Origin: Bacteroidota bacterium
GTDB taxonomy: Bacteria; Bacteroidota; Bacteroidia; Bacteroidales; UBA12077
Direction of reading: 5' to 3'
Assembly: GCA_020444275.1 (NCBI GenBank)
Contig: JAHLLG010000001.1
Span: forward strand, 583,773 to 647,772
DNA length: 64,000 nucleotides
Shown here one piece after another: positions 27,425-36,945 of this stretch (position 1 is its first letter; every line of letters starts with the position of its first letter). A program made the position numbers and the translations under genes. The notes beneath the pieces were generated by a model. It was given only the letters and a program-made list of their open reading frames with translations, did no database searches and was not told the DNA's origin.

Positions 27425-28429
27425 TTAATGTAGAATTTTATACACTAACTCTTTTAATAATTCGCCAGGTGGAGTACTTACGTTATTGTAACCTTTCGAT
27501 TTTAAATCGTACTCACGCAACAAACTTATAATTTCTACTGTTTTTTTAGGATTATAATATTTTGCCGCTTTTTCGTAATCGCCCACAAAAAAAGGAGGCA
27601 CTTTTAAGGTTGCTGCAACACTTCTCCGGTCTCTTTTATCTTTTATAAAATGATAGGTTAATGTTTTGCTATAAAACTGATACAGCGTGGCAATAGTCAT
27701 GGTAAACGGATTATCCTTTGGGTTATGACTAAAGTAGTTAACAATACGATTGGCCTTAAGAACATTTTTTTGTCCTAACGCTTTATTTAATTCAAACACA
27801 TTATAATCTTTACTAATACCAATGTTTCGTTCGATATGAGTTGTGGTGATATTGAATTCTCCATCGGGCAGTGTAATGATTAATTTCTCTAATTCGTTGG
27901 AGATTTTCCCCAGATCGTTTCCCAGGTATTCTGTTAAAAGCATTCCTGCTCCAGGATCAATCGTTCTGTTCTTTTTCTTTAAATAGGCATTAATCCAACC
28001 AGGAACTTCATTATCATAAAGCTTTTTCGATTCAAAAAGAACCCCTTTTTGATTGATTACTTTATACAGTTTCTTTCTTTTATCTAGTGTTTTGTACTTG
28101 TAATTGATAACCAGTAATGTTGAGTTTAAAGGATTTTCGGCATAATGAATAAGATCATCAATATTTTTTATGTTTTGAGCTTCTTTTACAATTACCACCT
28201 GGTGATTTGCCATCATGGGAAAACGCTTTGCTGTATTTATTACAGTATGAATCTCGCTTTCTTTACCATAAAGTACAGTTTGGTTAAATGACTTTTCGGC
28301 ATCGGTTAAGACATTATCATGAATATATTTAGTTATTAGGTCGATGAAATAAGGCTCATCGCCTGAAAGAAAGTAAATTGGTTTATAAATTTTATTTTTT
28401 AAATCTGATATGATTTGCTCAAAACTCAT
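27425..28429 (-). CDS. holA: DNA polymerase III delta subunit
   Basis: 334 aa. N-terminus ..IYFLSGDEPYFID.. and overall delta-subunit architecture. Sits beside an HsdR_N-type gene, a neighbourhood I recall for Bacteroidota holA. Confidence 0.75.
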   Translation of the reverse strand: MSFEQIISDLKNKIYKPIYFLSGDEPYFIDLITKYIHDNVLTDAEKSFNQTVLYGKESEIHTVINTAKRFPMMANHQVVIVKEAQNIKNIDDLIHYAENPLNSTLLVINYKYKTLDKRKKLYKVINQKGVLFESKKLYDNEVPGWINAYLKKKNRTIDPGAGMLLTEYLGNDLGKISNELEKLIITLPDGEFNITTTHIERNIGISKDYNVFELNKALGQKNVLKANRIVNYFSHNPKDNPFTMTIATLYQFYSKTLTYHFIKDKRDRRSVAATLKVPPFFVGDYEKAAKYYNPKKTVEIISLLREYDLKSKGYNNVSTPPGELLKELVYKILH

Positions 28430-28441
28430 TTCAAATACTAA

Positions 28442-29212
28442 TTAAAAACGTAAGTGCTTTACCGATTCTTTATTTTCTTGAATTTCTTTTAATGCTTCAA
28501 TTCCTATTCTAACATGAGCTTCAACATATTTTTTGGTGACTAATTCGTCACTTTTCGATGTTTTAATTCCTGAAGAAATCATAGGTTGATCCGAAACTAA
28601 TAGAACGGCACCTGACGGAATTCCATTCGCAAAACCAACTGTAAAAATAGTTGCAGATTCCATGTCAATAGCCATTGATCGAGTTTTTTGCAAATATTTC
28701 TTAAAGCGGTCATCATATTCCCAAACTCTTTTATTTGTTGTGAAAACGGTCCCGGTGAAATAATCTAGCTTATGATTTCTTATAGCAGTTGAAACTGCCA
28801 TTTGCAATTTAAATGCTGGAAGAGCAGGAATCTCTGGAGGAAGATAATCATTTGAGGTTCCCTCACTTCGAATAGCAGCAATAGGTAAAATAAAGTTTCC
28901 TAATTCGTTTTTTCTTTTTAATCCACCACATTTTCCAAGGAATAAAGCAGCTTTAGGTCTTATGGCACTTAACAGGTCCATTATGGTAGCAGCATTTGCA
29001 CTTCCCATTCCAAAATTGATCATGGTTATTCCACCTGCTGTTGCACATTGCATATTTGCGCTTGGATCAACTATTTTCGTGTTGTTCCATTCTGCAAATA
29101 ATTCCAGGTAATGCGAAAAATTAGTTAACAATATATATTCACCAAAATTTTCAATTGCGCATCCGGTATATCTGGGTAACCAATCTTTAACAATTTCATC
29201 TTTAGTTTTCAT
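28442..29212 (-). CDS. Nucleoside phosphorylase-fold protein (short AMP nucleosidase-like)
   Basis: PNP_UDP_1-like ..GMGSANAAT..DLL....P.A..FLGKCGGL......G.F.LP.AAIR.EGTS..Y.......MESATIF. Confidence 0.65.
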   Translation of the reverse strand: MKTKDEIVKDWLPRYTGCAIENFGEYILLTNFSHYLELFAEWNNTKIVDPSANMQCATAGGITMINFGMGSANAATIMDLLSAIRPKAALFLGKCGGLKRKNELGNFILPIAAIRSEGTSNDYLPPEIPALPAFKLQMAVSTAIRNHKLDYFTGTVFTTNKRVWEYDDRFKKYLQKTRSMAIDMESATIFTVGFANGIPSGAVLLVSDQPMISSGIKTSKSDELVTKKYVEAHVRIGIEALKEIQENKESVKHLRF

Positions 29213-29270
29213 AGGATGGTATTTTATTGCTTTACTTTGTTATTTTTATATCTGCAAACTGGCAATTTTT

Positions 29271-29726
29271 ATGAAGAGGTTAAATTTACCAACTTATTCG
29301 TTCAATATAAAATTAATAGAACAAAGAAAACACATTTTTGATTTTATTCGAAAAAAATTTGTGATATTAACTCCTGAAGAATGGGTTCGGCAAAATTTTC
29401 TAAGATATTTGGTGGATGAAAAAAATTATCCTGCCTCATTAATAGCTATAGAGAAAGAATTTAAGTTAAATAATTTGTCTAAAAGGAGCGATGCTGTTGT
29501 GTATAATAAAATGGGAAAACCATTTTTGATTGTAGAATTTAAGGCTCCTGATGTAAAAATTGATCAAAAAGTATTTGACCAAATTGCACGTTATAACATG
29601 AAATTGAAGGTGAATTACCTTATGGTATCAAATGGTATGGAACACTATTGTTGTATGCTTGATTATTCAAAGAATTCATATGTTTTTTTAAAGGAAATTC
29701 CCAATTTCTTTGATGTTTTGGAGTAA
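29271..29726 (+). CDS. Type I restriction enzyme HsdR N-terminal-domain-only protein
   Basis: 151 aa. ..PEEWVRQNFL.YL......P..LIA.E.......KRSDAVVY......FLIVEFKAP resembles the PD-(D/E)xK-like HsdR_N domain. No R-M partner genes nearby. Confidence 0.55.
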   Translation: MKRLNLPTYSFNIKLIEQRKHIFDFIRKKFVILTPEEWVRQNFLRYLVDEKNYPASLIAIEKEFKLNNLSKRSDAVVYNKMGKPFLIVEFKAPDVKIDQKVFDQIARYNMKLKVNYLMVSNGMEHYCCMLDYSKNSYVFLKEIPNFFDVLE

Positions 29727-29729
29727 TAA

Positions 29730-29765
29730 GAAAGCCTTGCTTATTTAAGGCAAGGCTTCATTTAA
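29730..29765. terminator. Hairpin between convergent genes
   Basis: AAGCCTTGC / GCAAGGCTT 9-bp stem with a 9-nt loop. A T run follows on the + strand. Confidence 0.5.
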
Positions 29766-29780
29766 TTTGTCAAAATATTT

Positions 29781-30452
29781 TTAGCGAATTGATTTTTCTG
29801 TTGATCGTTTACTTGAAGATGATTTTTCATCTAATTCAGGAGCTACCTTATTATAGTTGTTATTTTGTAATCGAGATTCTTTATCCCTTTTTTTATCAAA
29901 AACATCAGGGCCTTTTTCTTGAGTATAGTTCTGTTTAGTACTTGAACTTGAAATATCCCTTTTAGTTTCTAGCTCTTTGTTTAAAACTTCCATGTCTTTA
30001 TCGTTTGAAGGTATGTAACTTGCAGAGGCTAGTCTATTGGTTTCGGCTGTCCTTTCTTTAAACGAAAGCGTAATTGAAGATGGATAAAAATCTCCCTGAT
30101 ATTTATTACTGGCTATGTAAGATGCCATTCCATAGTCATCTCCCGCAAAATAGTAGTATTCATAAATCTGTGGGTCTTCAAAAAGATGTCTGTATTCTTG
30201 CGTAAACCAATAATAATAATCGGCCCAGCTTTCAATGCAATAATATTCATTATTATGCACATAAAATTCTTTACCATTGAATACTTGAGAGAGTGAATCA
30301 CTGTAATATCCATATCCTTTTATAATCGGACTAGGACTTACTTTAAACGTTTCCGGATTTGACCAATTGAAATAATCAACACTTGTAGTGTTTTGACCAA
30401 TTACTAATTGGAAGGCTAATAATGCAAAGGTTAATAAACTAATTTTTTTCAT
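29781..30452 (-). CDS. Hypothetical secreted Tyr-rich protein with a charged, Ser/Lys-rich tail
   Basis: Signal peptide MKKISLLTFALLAFQLVIGQ. No family recognised. Confidence 0.45.
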   Translation of the reverse strand: MKKISLLTFALLAFQLVIGQNTTSVDYFNWSNPETFKVSPSPIIKGYGYYSDSLSQVFNGKEFYVHNNEYYCIESWADYYYWFTQEYRHLFEDPQIYEYYYFAGDDYGMASYIASNKYQGDFYPSSITLSFKERTAETNRLASASYIPSNDKDMEVLNKELETKRDISSSSTKQNYTQEKGPDVFDKKRDKESRLQNNNYNKVAPELDEKSSSSKRSTEKSIR

Positions 30453-30508
30453 AATAAATTTTTTTAGGATTTACTATGAACAAAACAAATTTGATGCCAG
30501 AAAAAGGA

Positions 30509-31063
30509 CTAATAATCTGTATTAATTAATTGAAACATAAACTCATCTTTTAGTCCTTTAGGGAATATGAGCCAGTCTCTTTTTGTTCCTATGAGTTGAA
30601 ATCCTTTCCGTTGAAAAAGCGAAAGACTATCGTCATTATCTTCGGTAATGTTGCAATACAATTGATGTAACTGGAGTGTATGGAAACTGTATTTTATTAA
30701 AGTATCCAGAGCATCTGAGGCATATCCTTTTTTACGATCTTCTTCGTTCGCAATTAATATTCCAATACCGGCGCGTTTGTGCAGTGGATCAAAATCGAAA
30801 AGATCGATTGTGCCTATCGTTTCAGTAGGGGTAGTATCGGTTTTATCAATCATTAACCGAAGTTGTTTTAACTGAAAAATATCCTGGTGTGAATTATCAA
30901 TGAATTGCTTAATTACATGTTTTGAGAAAGGTGTAAGTGTATTGCTTAACTGCCAAATGGTGCTATCATTTTCCCAGGCATAAATCAAATCAATATCATT
31001 AGGTTCTATTGCTCTTAGTTTGGTTGTTTTTCCTGTAAGTATATCTTCCTGAATTGTTCTCAA
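30509..31063 (-). CDS. GNAT family N-acetyltransferase (RimJ/RimL-like)
   Basis: ..LRAIEP.D..LIY.WEND..... then ..RKKGYASDAL..LI.Y.F..L.LHQLY..I...N..S..LF.K.GF matches the acetyl-CoA-binding motif. Confidence 0.8.
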   Translation of the reverse strand: MRTIQEDILTGKTTKLRAIEPNDIDLIYAWENDSTIWQLSNTLTPFSKHVIKQFIDNSHQDIFQLKQLRLMIDKTDTTPTETIGTIDLFDFDPLHKRAGIGILIANEEDRKKGYASDALDTLIKYSFHTLQLHQLYCNITEDNDDSLSLFQRKGFQLIGTKRDWLIFPKGLKDEFMFQLINTDY

Positions 31064-31073
31064 AACTTTGTGT

Positions 31074-32366
31074 TTAACGCTGAGCTGATATGTTTAGCTC
31101 TAATTTAACAATATCTTCCTGACCGTATCCGTTTTTGTCATATTTGGAAATGTATGCTTTTGTTCCATTCTCAACCGGATAATAAAACAGATTATCATCG
31201 GTGGTATTTACGGGATAACCCATATTGGTTGGTTTACTCCACACATTCTGCTCAATATTTTCGCTGTAAAAAATATCAAACCCTCCCATGTTATAATGTC
31301 CTTCTGAGCTAAAATACAATGTTTTATTATCCTGACACATTACAGGTGTTTCTTCATTAAACGGAGTATTGATTTCACTACCTAGATTAATTGCTACACC
31401 CCAGTCCTGTGCTTTTTCATCATATTGACTTTTATAGATATCTGTTCCACCGAATCCTCCTTTTCTGTTGCTAACAAAAAATAGTGTTTTACCATCGCAT
31501 GATAAAGAGGCGAAAGTTTCCTGAAAACGGGAATTAATGTTCTTATTCAGTTTTACAGGAGCCGACCATTTATTATTCTTAAGATAGCTCACATAGATAT
31601 CACTTGAAAAATTTTCCTCTTTATATAATAGTAAGGTTTTTCCATCTGAAGATAAAAAACATGGATAAATGTCTCCATTAGAATTAAGATCTGGTGTTAT
31701 GTTAACCGGAGTTGTCCAGGTATCATCTTTCTTCACAGTATAGAATATGGCATCGTAAAATTTGAGCTTACTCATGTAAACCATGCTTTTTTCGTTGGCA
31801 GAAATAAGCGGCCTAATATTTGGAAACTGGTCGTTAATATATTCTCCAATATTGATTTCATGTACTTCTTTAGGTTTGCTTATCAGATCTTTAGCGGCAT
31901 TACACGATTGAATTTGTTTGTAAACGTAGTCAAGATTATAGTTGTTATTGCTTGCAACTAGCTCTTCAAATTTTTTAAATGTTTCGATAGCCTTTTCCAG
32001 TTCATTATTTTGCTGGTAGGCACACGCAAGATAGAAGAGTGTTCGGTACGGTGCTTTAGTTTCTTTTATTGAACCTTCCTTAATGTCATCAGATAAATTA
32101 TTACAAGCTTCTTCAAGAAAAGGAATTGATTTTTCTTTCTGACCTGATATTTGAAGATAACACTCTCCAATCCGGTGTTTTATGTATGCGTTATCTAAAC
32201 CCTTATTATGAAGATCTATATAGAGAGCCAAAGCTTCCGGATAATCTTCGTATAAGATAAAATACTCAGCTTCTTCAAATGTTTCTTTTAAGACATCTTT
32301 ATTTTGCGAAAAGCTGATTAAATATACGAATATACTTAATACAGTAAATAATAGTTTTTTCCCCAT
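31074..32366 (-). CDS. TPR plus PD40 (TolB-like beta-propeller repeat) periplasmic/outer-membrane-associated protein, paralogue 1
   Basis: Signal peptide from the internal Met (MGKKLLFTVLSIFVYLISFSQ; ORF extends to 32414). N-terminal TPR region, then repeated ..S.DGKTL.F.SNR.GG.GG.DIY.. PD40-type units. Confidence 0.7.
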   Translation of the reverse strand: MGKKLLFTVLSIFVYLISFSQNKDVLKETFEEAEYFILYEDYPEALALYIDLHNKGLDNAYIKHRIGECYLQISGQKEKSIPFLEEACNNLSDDIKEGSIKETKAPYRTLFYLACAYQQNNELEKAIETFKKFEELVASNNNYNLDYVYKQIQSCNAAKDLISKPKEVHEINIGEYINDQFPNIRPLISANEKSMVYMSKLKFYDAIFYTVKKDDTWTTPVNITPDLNSNGDIYPCFLSSDGKTLLLYKEENFSSDIYVSYLKNNKWSAPVKLNKNINSRFQETFASLSCDGKTLFFVSNRKGGFGGTDIYKSQYDEKAQDWGVAINLGSEINTPFNEETPVMCQDNKTLYFSSEGHYNMGGFDIFYSENIEQNVWSKPTNMGYPVNTTDDNLFYYPVENGTKAYISKYDKNGYGQEDIVKLELNISAQR

Positions 32367-32444
32367 AAGACGACCAAAGTAGATTGATGATTTACGAGTA
32401 CAATTTACTGACAATTAATAAAAAAAACCAAAATAAAAAGTTAA

Positions 32445-35378
32445 TTATGACCTGTTTTTCCTGTTTTCTTTATTGCGTCTGCGATTAAAGTAAATAATAA
32501 TCCATGCCAATAAAACTCCGGAGATTGCTCCAAAAATAATCAGCCATAAATTAGTGCCTTTTTGCTTATCCTTAACTGCAACTGGCAGTTGCTCAGTATC
32601 TTTCTCAACGGATGCTTTGTTAGCTATAAGTATTCCTTCCATTATGGCAAAGATTTGCGATAATTCCTGATCGGAGTACTTACCTGACTGGATTAAATAC
32701 TTTTTAAAATCGTCGATAGATACCATGTTAATTGCAGAAGCATCAATGTTTGTTAGTATGCTTGCAATGTCTGTATTTATTAACGATTCAAGCTTTGCCA
32801 ATAGTTCTTGTGTAGATATTTCAGATTGTTTCAGATAATCTTCGAGTAAACGAATAATATCCTTATGATTATAGTTATAAGCATTGGATTGTACTTCCAA
32901 TTCCTGAATTACTTCAAGGTTTGTTTGGTAACTGCTCTGATTATTTTGAATTGAATCAAGTACAACTTTTAAATCACCTTGCGCAATATTGAGTAAGGAT
33001 GCAATAAACTGCTCTGTATTATTTGTAGAATTTATTACCAGAGCAATGATGAGTGCTTGTGCTTGTTCTTTAGATAATCCTAATGAGGCAGCTTTTTGGT
33101 AAATATGGTTTATTAATTCGTCTGCTGATTTTAATGCTATTACGTCGTTCGATTTAAGTAATTCCTGATATCCTTTGTTGTTGAAACTAACAATTCCCGT
33201 AAGCACTTGAGCGAAATTTTCGTTAACCGGTGTGTGTGATACTAGTACCTCCTGATTGGAAACATTATTGTGTTTATCTACTAATTTGAAGTTAATTTTA
33301 GATTGTTGACCTTTTGGTTCAAATTCATATATAAAACTTTCTTTACCAACATTGAACTGTTCGGTATTAACTAATTTATTATCGACATATGTTTCAACAA
33401 ATAACTTGGATCCTTTTTCTACCGATAGTTTTATTTTTACTGTTTTATTTCCATTAGCTCCTAAGCTAATAATTTTTTCAGCAATGCTTAATTCGGCTTT
33501 AGTATCTCGAGGTAGATATGAAACTGTAACCTCCTCGCTTTTTGCATTATTATTTTTGTCTACAAGTGTAAATTGAAGCTTACTTTCTCCTACCAGAGGT
33601 TTATACTCATAAATAAAATTATCCTTTTTAATATCAAACTCCTCGGTATTAATTAACTGGTCTTTATAAAAAGTATGAACTATAAGTTTATTTCCTTTTT
33701 GAAGTGAAAGTTTAATTTTAATATTTTCCTGGTCGGTTTTAACCAAATTTGTATCTAAAGATATTTCGGGCAGGGTATCTGCCAGTGCGATTTCTTTTGT
33801 TTCTTTAATCTTCGATTGAAAAACTTCTTTAACTTCATAGTCTGTAGAAATAAAGTACTGTGTTTGATTATCATCATCAAAAGTACTTTCATAAACCAAA
33901 TGATTTTTACCTAATGGTGTTCTGTACTGGTAATTTTCATTATCTGTATCAGGGTTTAATACTGCAATGGTGTCGTTTGTTGTTTGATCAATGATATTTA
34001 TGCTGAAATCTTTTTTATTGCGATCAACTTCATTATCCATGGTTAACTTACCTTCAACCAGGATATTTTCATAATCAGGTATATGAAATAACTGATAGTG
34101 ATAAATGTCCTGTCCTCCATATCCTTGCTGAGAAAACTGAGAACAGTATGCAAAACTGCCATCTTCAAATGGTACAAAGAAAATGTCATTGTCGGTGGTA
34201 TTTATTGGATATCCAATATTTACTGGTTCTGTCCAAGTCTGATTTTCTTTACGTTCTGAATAAAAAATATCATAACCACCCATTCCTTGATGACCTTCCG
34301 AACTAAAAAATAATCGTTTCCCATCCGGAGTTAGAAATGGAGTGTTTTCATTCCACTGTGAGTTAATTACTTCACCAAGGTTTTTTGCTACTCCCCAGGT
34401 GGTATCTGTTAAGCGTTCAGAAACATAAATGTCGAGATCTCCATATCCACCTTCCCGGTTACTAACAAAGTAAAGTTTGTTATTATCAGGCGATAAAGAT
34501 GCATGAGATTCCCAGTATTTTGTGTTAATATTTTCGCCAAGTTTACGAACTTTTGTCCAGATACCATTTTTTAGGTAACTTACATAAATATTGCCATCAA
34601 AATCATCGTCGCGATAAATGTATAATTCGGTACCATCATAAGAAAGCCCCGTTGTTGCACTATTATCATCAACGCCTAATTGTCCCATTAAATTTATTGG
34701 ATAACTCCACTCACCAGTGCTATCTTTTTTTGAATAAAAAATCCCATCATAAAATTGCAACGAGGCTGTAAAAACCATTGTTGATCCATCACCAGAGACT
34801 ACTGCATTAAATTCATTAAACCTTGAATTTACTTTATTTCCAACATTTTTGGCAATAAAACTAATCGGTTCGTACTGAAACTGAATTGCATTTCTACAGG
34901 CATCAAATTGGCGCTGAAGATATTCTAAATCGTATATGTCTCTATTCGCAGCTTTTTGTGTGCGCGAAATGGCATTTTGAAAACCTGAATAAGCATCAAT
35001 TGCTTCGTTAATTCGGTTATTTACTAGATATGCATTGCCCAGATAAAAAAGTGCATCTACCGGAGCATCTTTTTCGGTATAAGTATTTTTTCGGTAATTG
35101 AACGTAGTTTTATTTATCGCATTTTCAAGATAAGGAATCGATTTATGTTTCTGTCCTGGAATATGTAGGTAACAGAACCCAATTTTATACATTACATTAT
35201 AATTTAAAGAGTCGGCTTCTAATACCCTTAGAAATAGGGGTAATGCTTCTTCATAATCTTCATAAAAAAACCATGAATCTGCATCCAGAAACATTTCTTC
35301 AAGCTCGTAGTATTCCTGCGTATAGGTATTCGCTACAAAAACAATGCTTAGTATAGAGAGTATAAACAGCCTTTTCAT
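32445..35378 (-). CDS. TPR plus PD40 protein with long C-terminal extension (tandem beta-sandwich-like repeats, helical region, C-terminal TM anchor), paralogue 2
   Basis: Same N-terminal architecture as its neighbours; likely start MKRLFILSI.. (ORF extends to 35399). Then about 500 extra aa ending in LWLIIFGAISGVLLAWIIIYF-NRRRNKENRKNRS. Confidence 0.7.
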   Translation of the reverse strand: MKRLFILSILSIVFVANTYTQEYYELEEMFLDADSWFFYEDYEEALPLFLRVLEADSLNYNVMYKIGFCYLHIPGQKHKSIPYLENAINKTTFNYRKNTYTEKDAPVDALFYLGNAYLVNNRINEAIDAYSGFQNAISRTQKAANRDIYDLEYLQRQFDACRNAIQFQYEPISFIAKNVGNKVNSRFNEFNAVVSGDGSTMVFTASLQFYDGIFYSKKDSTGEWSYPINLMGQLGVDDNSATTGLSYDGTELYIYRDDDFDGNIYVSYLKNGIWTKVRKLGENINTKYWESHASLSPDNNKLYFVSNREGGYGDLDIYVSERLTDTTWGVAKNLGEVINSQWNENTPFLTPDGKRLFFSSEGHQGMGGYDIFYSERKENQTWTEPVNIGYPINTTDNDIFFVPFEDGSFAYCSQFSQQGYGGQDIYHYQLFHIPDYENILVEGKLTMDNEVDRNKKDFSINIIDQTTNDTIAVLNPDTDNENYQYRTPLGKNHLVYESTFDDDNQTQYFISTDYEVKEVFQSKIKETKEIALADTLPEISLDTNLVKTDQENIKIKLSLQKGNKLIVHTFYKDQLINTEEFDIKKDNFIYEYKPLVGESKLQFTLVDKNNNAKSEEVTVSYLPRDTKAELSIAEKIISLGANGNKTVKIKLSVEKGSKLFVETYVDNKLVNTEQFNVGKESFIYEFEPKGQQSKINFKLVDKHNNVSNQEVLVSHTPVNENFAQVLTGIVSFNNKGYQELLKSNDVIALKSADELINHIYQKAASLGLSKEQAQALIIALVINSTNNTEQFIASLLNIAQGDLKVVLDSIQNNQSSYQTNLEVIQELEVQSNAYNYNHKDIIRLLEDYLKQSEISTQELLAKLESLINTDIASILTNIDASAINMVSIDDFKKYLIQSGKYSDQELSQIFAIMEGILIANKASVEKDTEQLPVAVKDKQKGTNLWLIIFGAISGVLLAWIIIYFNRRRNKENRKNRS
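33229..33746 (-). repeat. In-frame tandem duplication (2 x about 85 aa) inside paralogue 2
   Basis: ..IKIKLSLQKGNKLIVHTFYKDQLINTEEFDIKKDNFIYEYKPLVGESKLQFTLVDKNNNAKSEEVTVSY aligns with ..VKIKLSVEKGSKLFVETYVDNKLVNTEQFNVGKESFIYEFEPKGQQSKINFKLVDKHNNVSNQEVLVSH. Confidence 0.6.
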
Positions 35379-35504
35379 AAAATCCTTATTTTCAAACACA
35401 CGAAATTAGATAAAAATAATGAAAAATTTGCGTATAGCTATGGAATAATAACTAAAATTATTTGATTCTAACTAAATATGTGACAAAGGGATAAAAATAT
35501 TAGA

Positions 35505-36842
35505 TTAATCTTCGGAGATGTAGTTTTCGTTATTATTTAACTCTTTTTCTTTCTCAGGAATATTTTCTCTTTCAAATATTTGAATTCTATAGATGTCATT
35601 GTCCCCATAACCTGTTTCCTTAAATTTGGAGTAATAGGCTATTTCTCCGTTTTTTAATGGGAAGAAGAACAAATCATCGTCTGTAGTATTAAATGGTAGT
35701 CCAAGGTTTTCAGGCTTACCCCAGTCTGTACCTTGTATTTTAGCTGTAAAGATATCGAAACCACCAATATTAAAATGGCCTTGGGAAGAAAAATATAAAG
35801 TTTCTTCGTCTTCTGTAATAAAAGGAGTAGCTTCATCAAAAACAGTATTTATGGTTGCTCCTAAATTTTCAGGCGGACCCCAATTTCCTTCATTATCGAT
35901 TCTTGACCTGTAAATATCGAAACCACCAAAACCTCCTTCTCTATTGCTTGTAAAGTAAAGCGTTAATCCATCATCAGAAACGCATGCGTGTGTTTCTGAT
36001 GCACTTGTATTAATATTGCTGTTTAATTTTACAGGAGGTCCCCATATTCCATCATTAAACCGGCTAGTGTATAAGTTAAGATCATCGTTATCGTTTCGAA
36101 CTAAGTATAATGTATTACCATCTCTTGTTAAATATACCGGAGTTAAAGGATTTTCGGAGTCAAAATCCAAGGAAATATTTCTTGCAGGTAACCAAAAACC
36201 ATCTCGCTTTTTAGATGCGAAAATTCCATCATAAAATCTTAACTGACTTACAAAAACAATAGTTTCTTCATCTTCAGAAACTAAAGGATTAATATTATTA
36301 AAAGAGCTGTTAATATTTTTTCCCAGATTTTTTTCTATAATACTCGTAGGAATTTTTGATAGTTCTAATGCATTGTTACAGGCTGTTATTTCTGCATCTA
36401 CAATTTTTTGTTGCTCCTGATCATTTGGATCAAGGAGTTCTTTATATTTTTTAAAAGCTACAATGGCTTCTTTTAATTTATTATTAACTCTGTATGCTCT
36501 GCCCAAATAAAGATAAGCCTCTATAGGCGCTTCGCGTTCGTTATAATTACCAACACTATAATTCGTATTTATGTTTTCAACAGCTTCTTCAAGATATTTA
36601 ATGGCTTTGTCTTTTTCATTGGGGATGTTTAAATAACATAAACCTATTCTGTGTTTAATGTTGGCATCTCTTCTTCCTGCATCATATAATTCTAAAAAAT
36701 AGGGTAATGCTTCGCGATATTCTTCATAGATTAAAGAAAATTCACCATTAATAAAGGCTCTTTTTAGATCCTTTTTGGTTTGGGCATTGATATTTCCAAA
36801 CAGAAATGAAATAAAAATTGATAGAATCAAGATTTTTTTCAT
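35505..36842 (-). CDS. TPR plus PD40 protein, paralogue 3
   Basis: Signal peptide MKKILILSIFISFLFGNINAQ, TPR region, PD40-like units (..S.DGLTLYFTSNREGGFGGFDIY..). Confidence 0.7.
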   Translation of the reverse strand: MKKILILSIFISFLFGNINAQTKKDLKRAFINGEFSLIYEEYREALPYFLELYDAGRRDANIKHRIGLCYLNIPNEKDKAIKYLEEAVENINTNYSVGNYNEREAPIEAYLYLGRAYRVNNKLKEAIVAFKKYKELLDPNDQEQQKIVDAEITACNNALELSKIPTSIIEKNLGKNINSSFNNINPLVSEDEETIVFVSQLRFYDGIFASKKRDGFWLPARNISLDFDSENPLTPVYLTRDGNTLYLVRNDNDDLNLYTSRFNDGIWGPPVKLNSNINTSASETHACVSDDGLTLYFTSNREGGFGGFDIYRSRIDNEGNWGPPENLGATINTVFDEATPFITEDEETLYFSSQGHFNIGGFDIFTAKIQGTDWGKPENLGLPFNTTDDDLFFFPLKNGEIAYYSKFKETGYGDNDIYRIQIFERENIPEKEKELNNNENYISED

Positions 36843-36905
36843 GGCGGTTAAATTAGTGCACGTGAAAACAAATGTAATAAATTTTCTTTAAAATCCTTAG
36901 TATAA

Positions 36906-36936
36906 ACCAAAAACACCAGCAGGTTGCTGGTGTTTT
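36906..36936 (-). terminator. Rho-independent terminator of the E2 gene
   Basis: The minus strand reads AAACACCAGC-AACCU-GCUGGUGUUU followed by UUGGUUUA. Confidence 0.6.
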
Positions 36937-36945
36937 AAATGAGAC

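Noticed and set aside
29271-29726. HsdR N-terminal-domain protein as a possible restriction-modification or defence locus.
   Set aside because: No methylase, specificity subunit, helicase or nuclease gene is adjacent. As I recall, this small domain-only gene commonly sits beside holA in Bacteroidota and is probably housekeeping.
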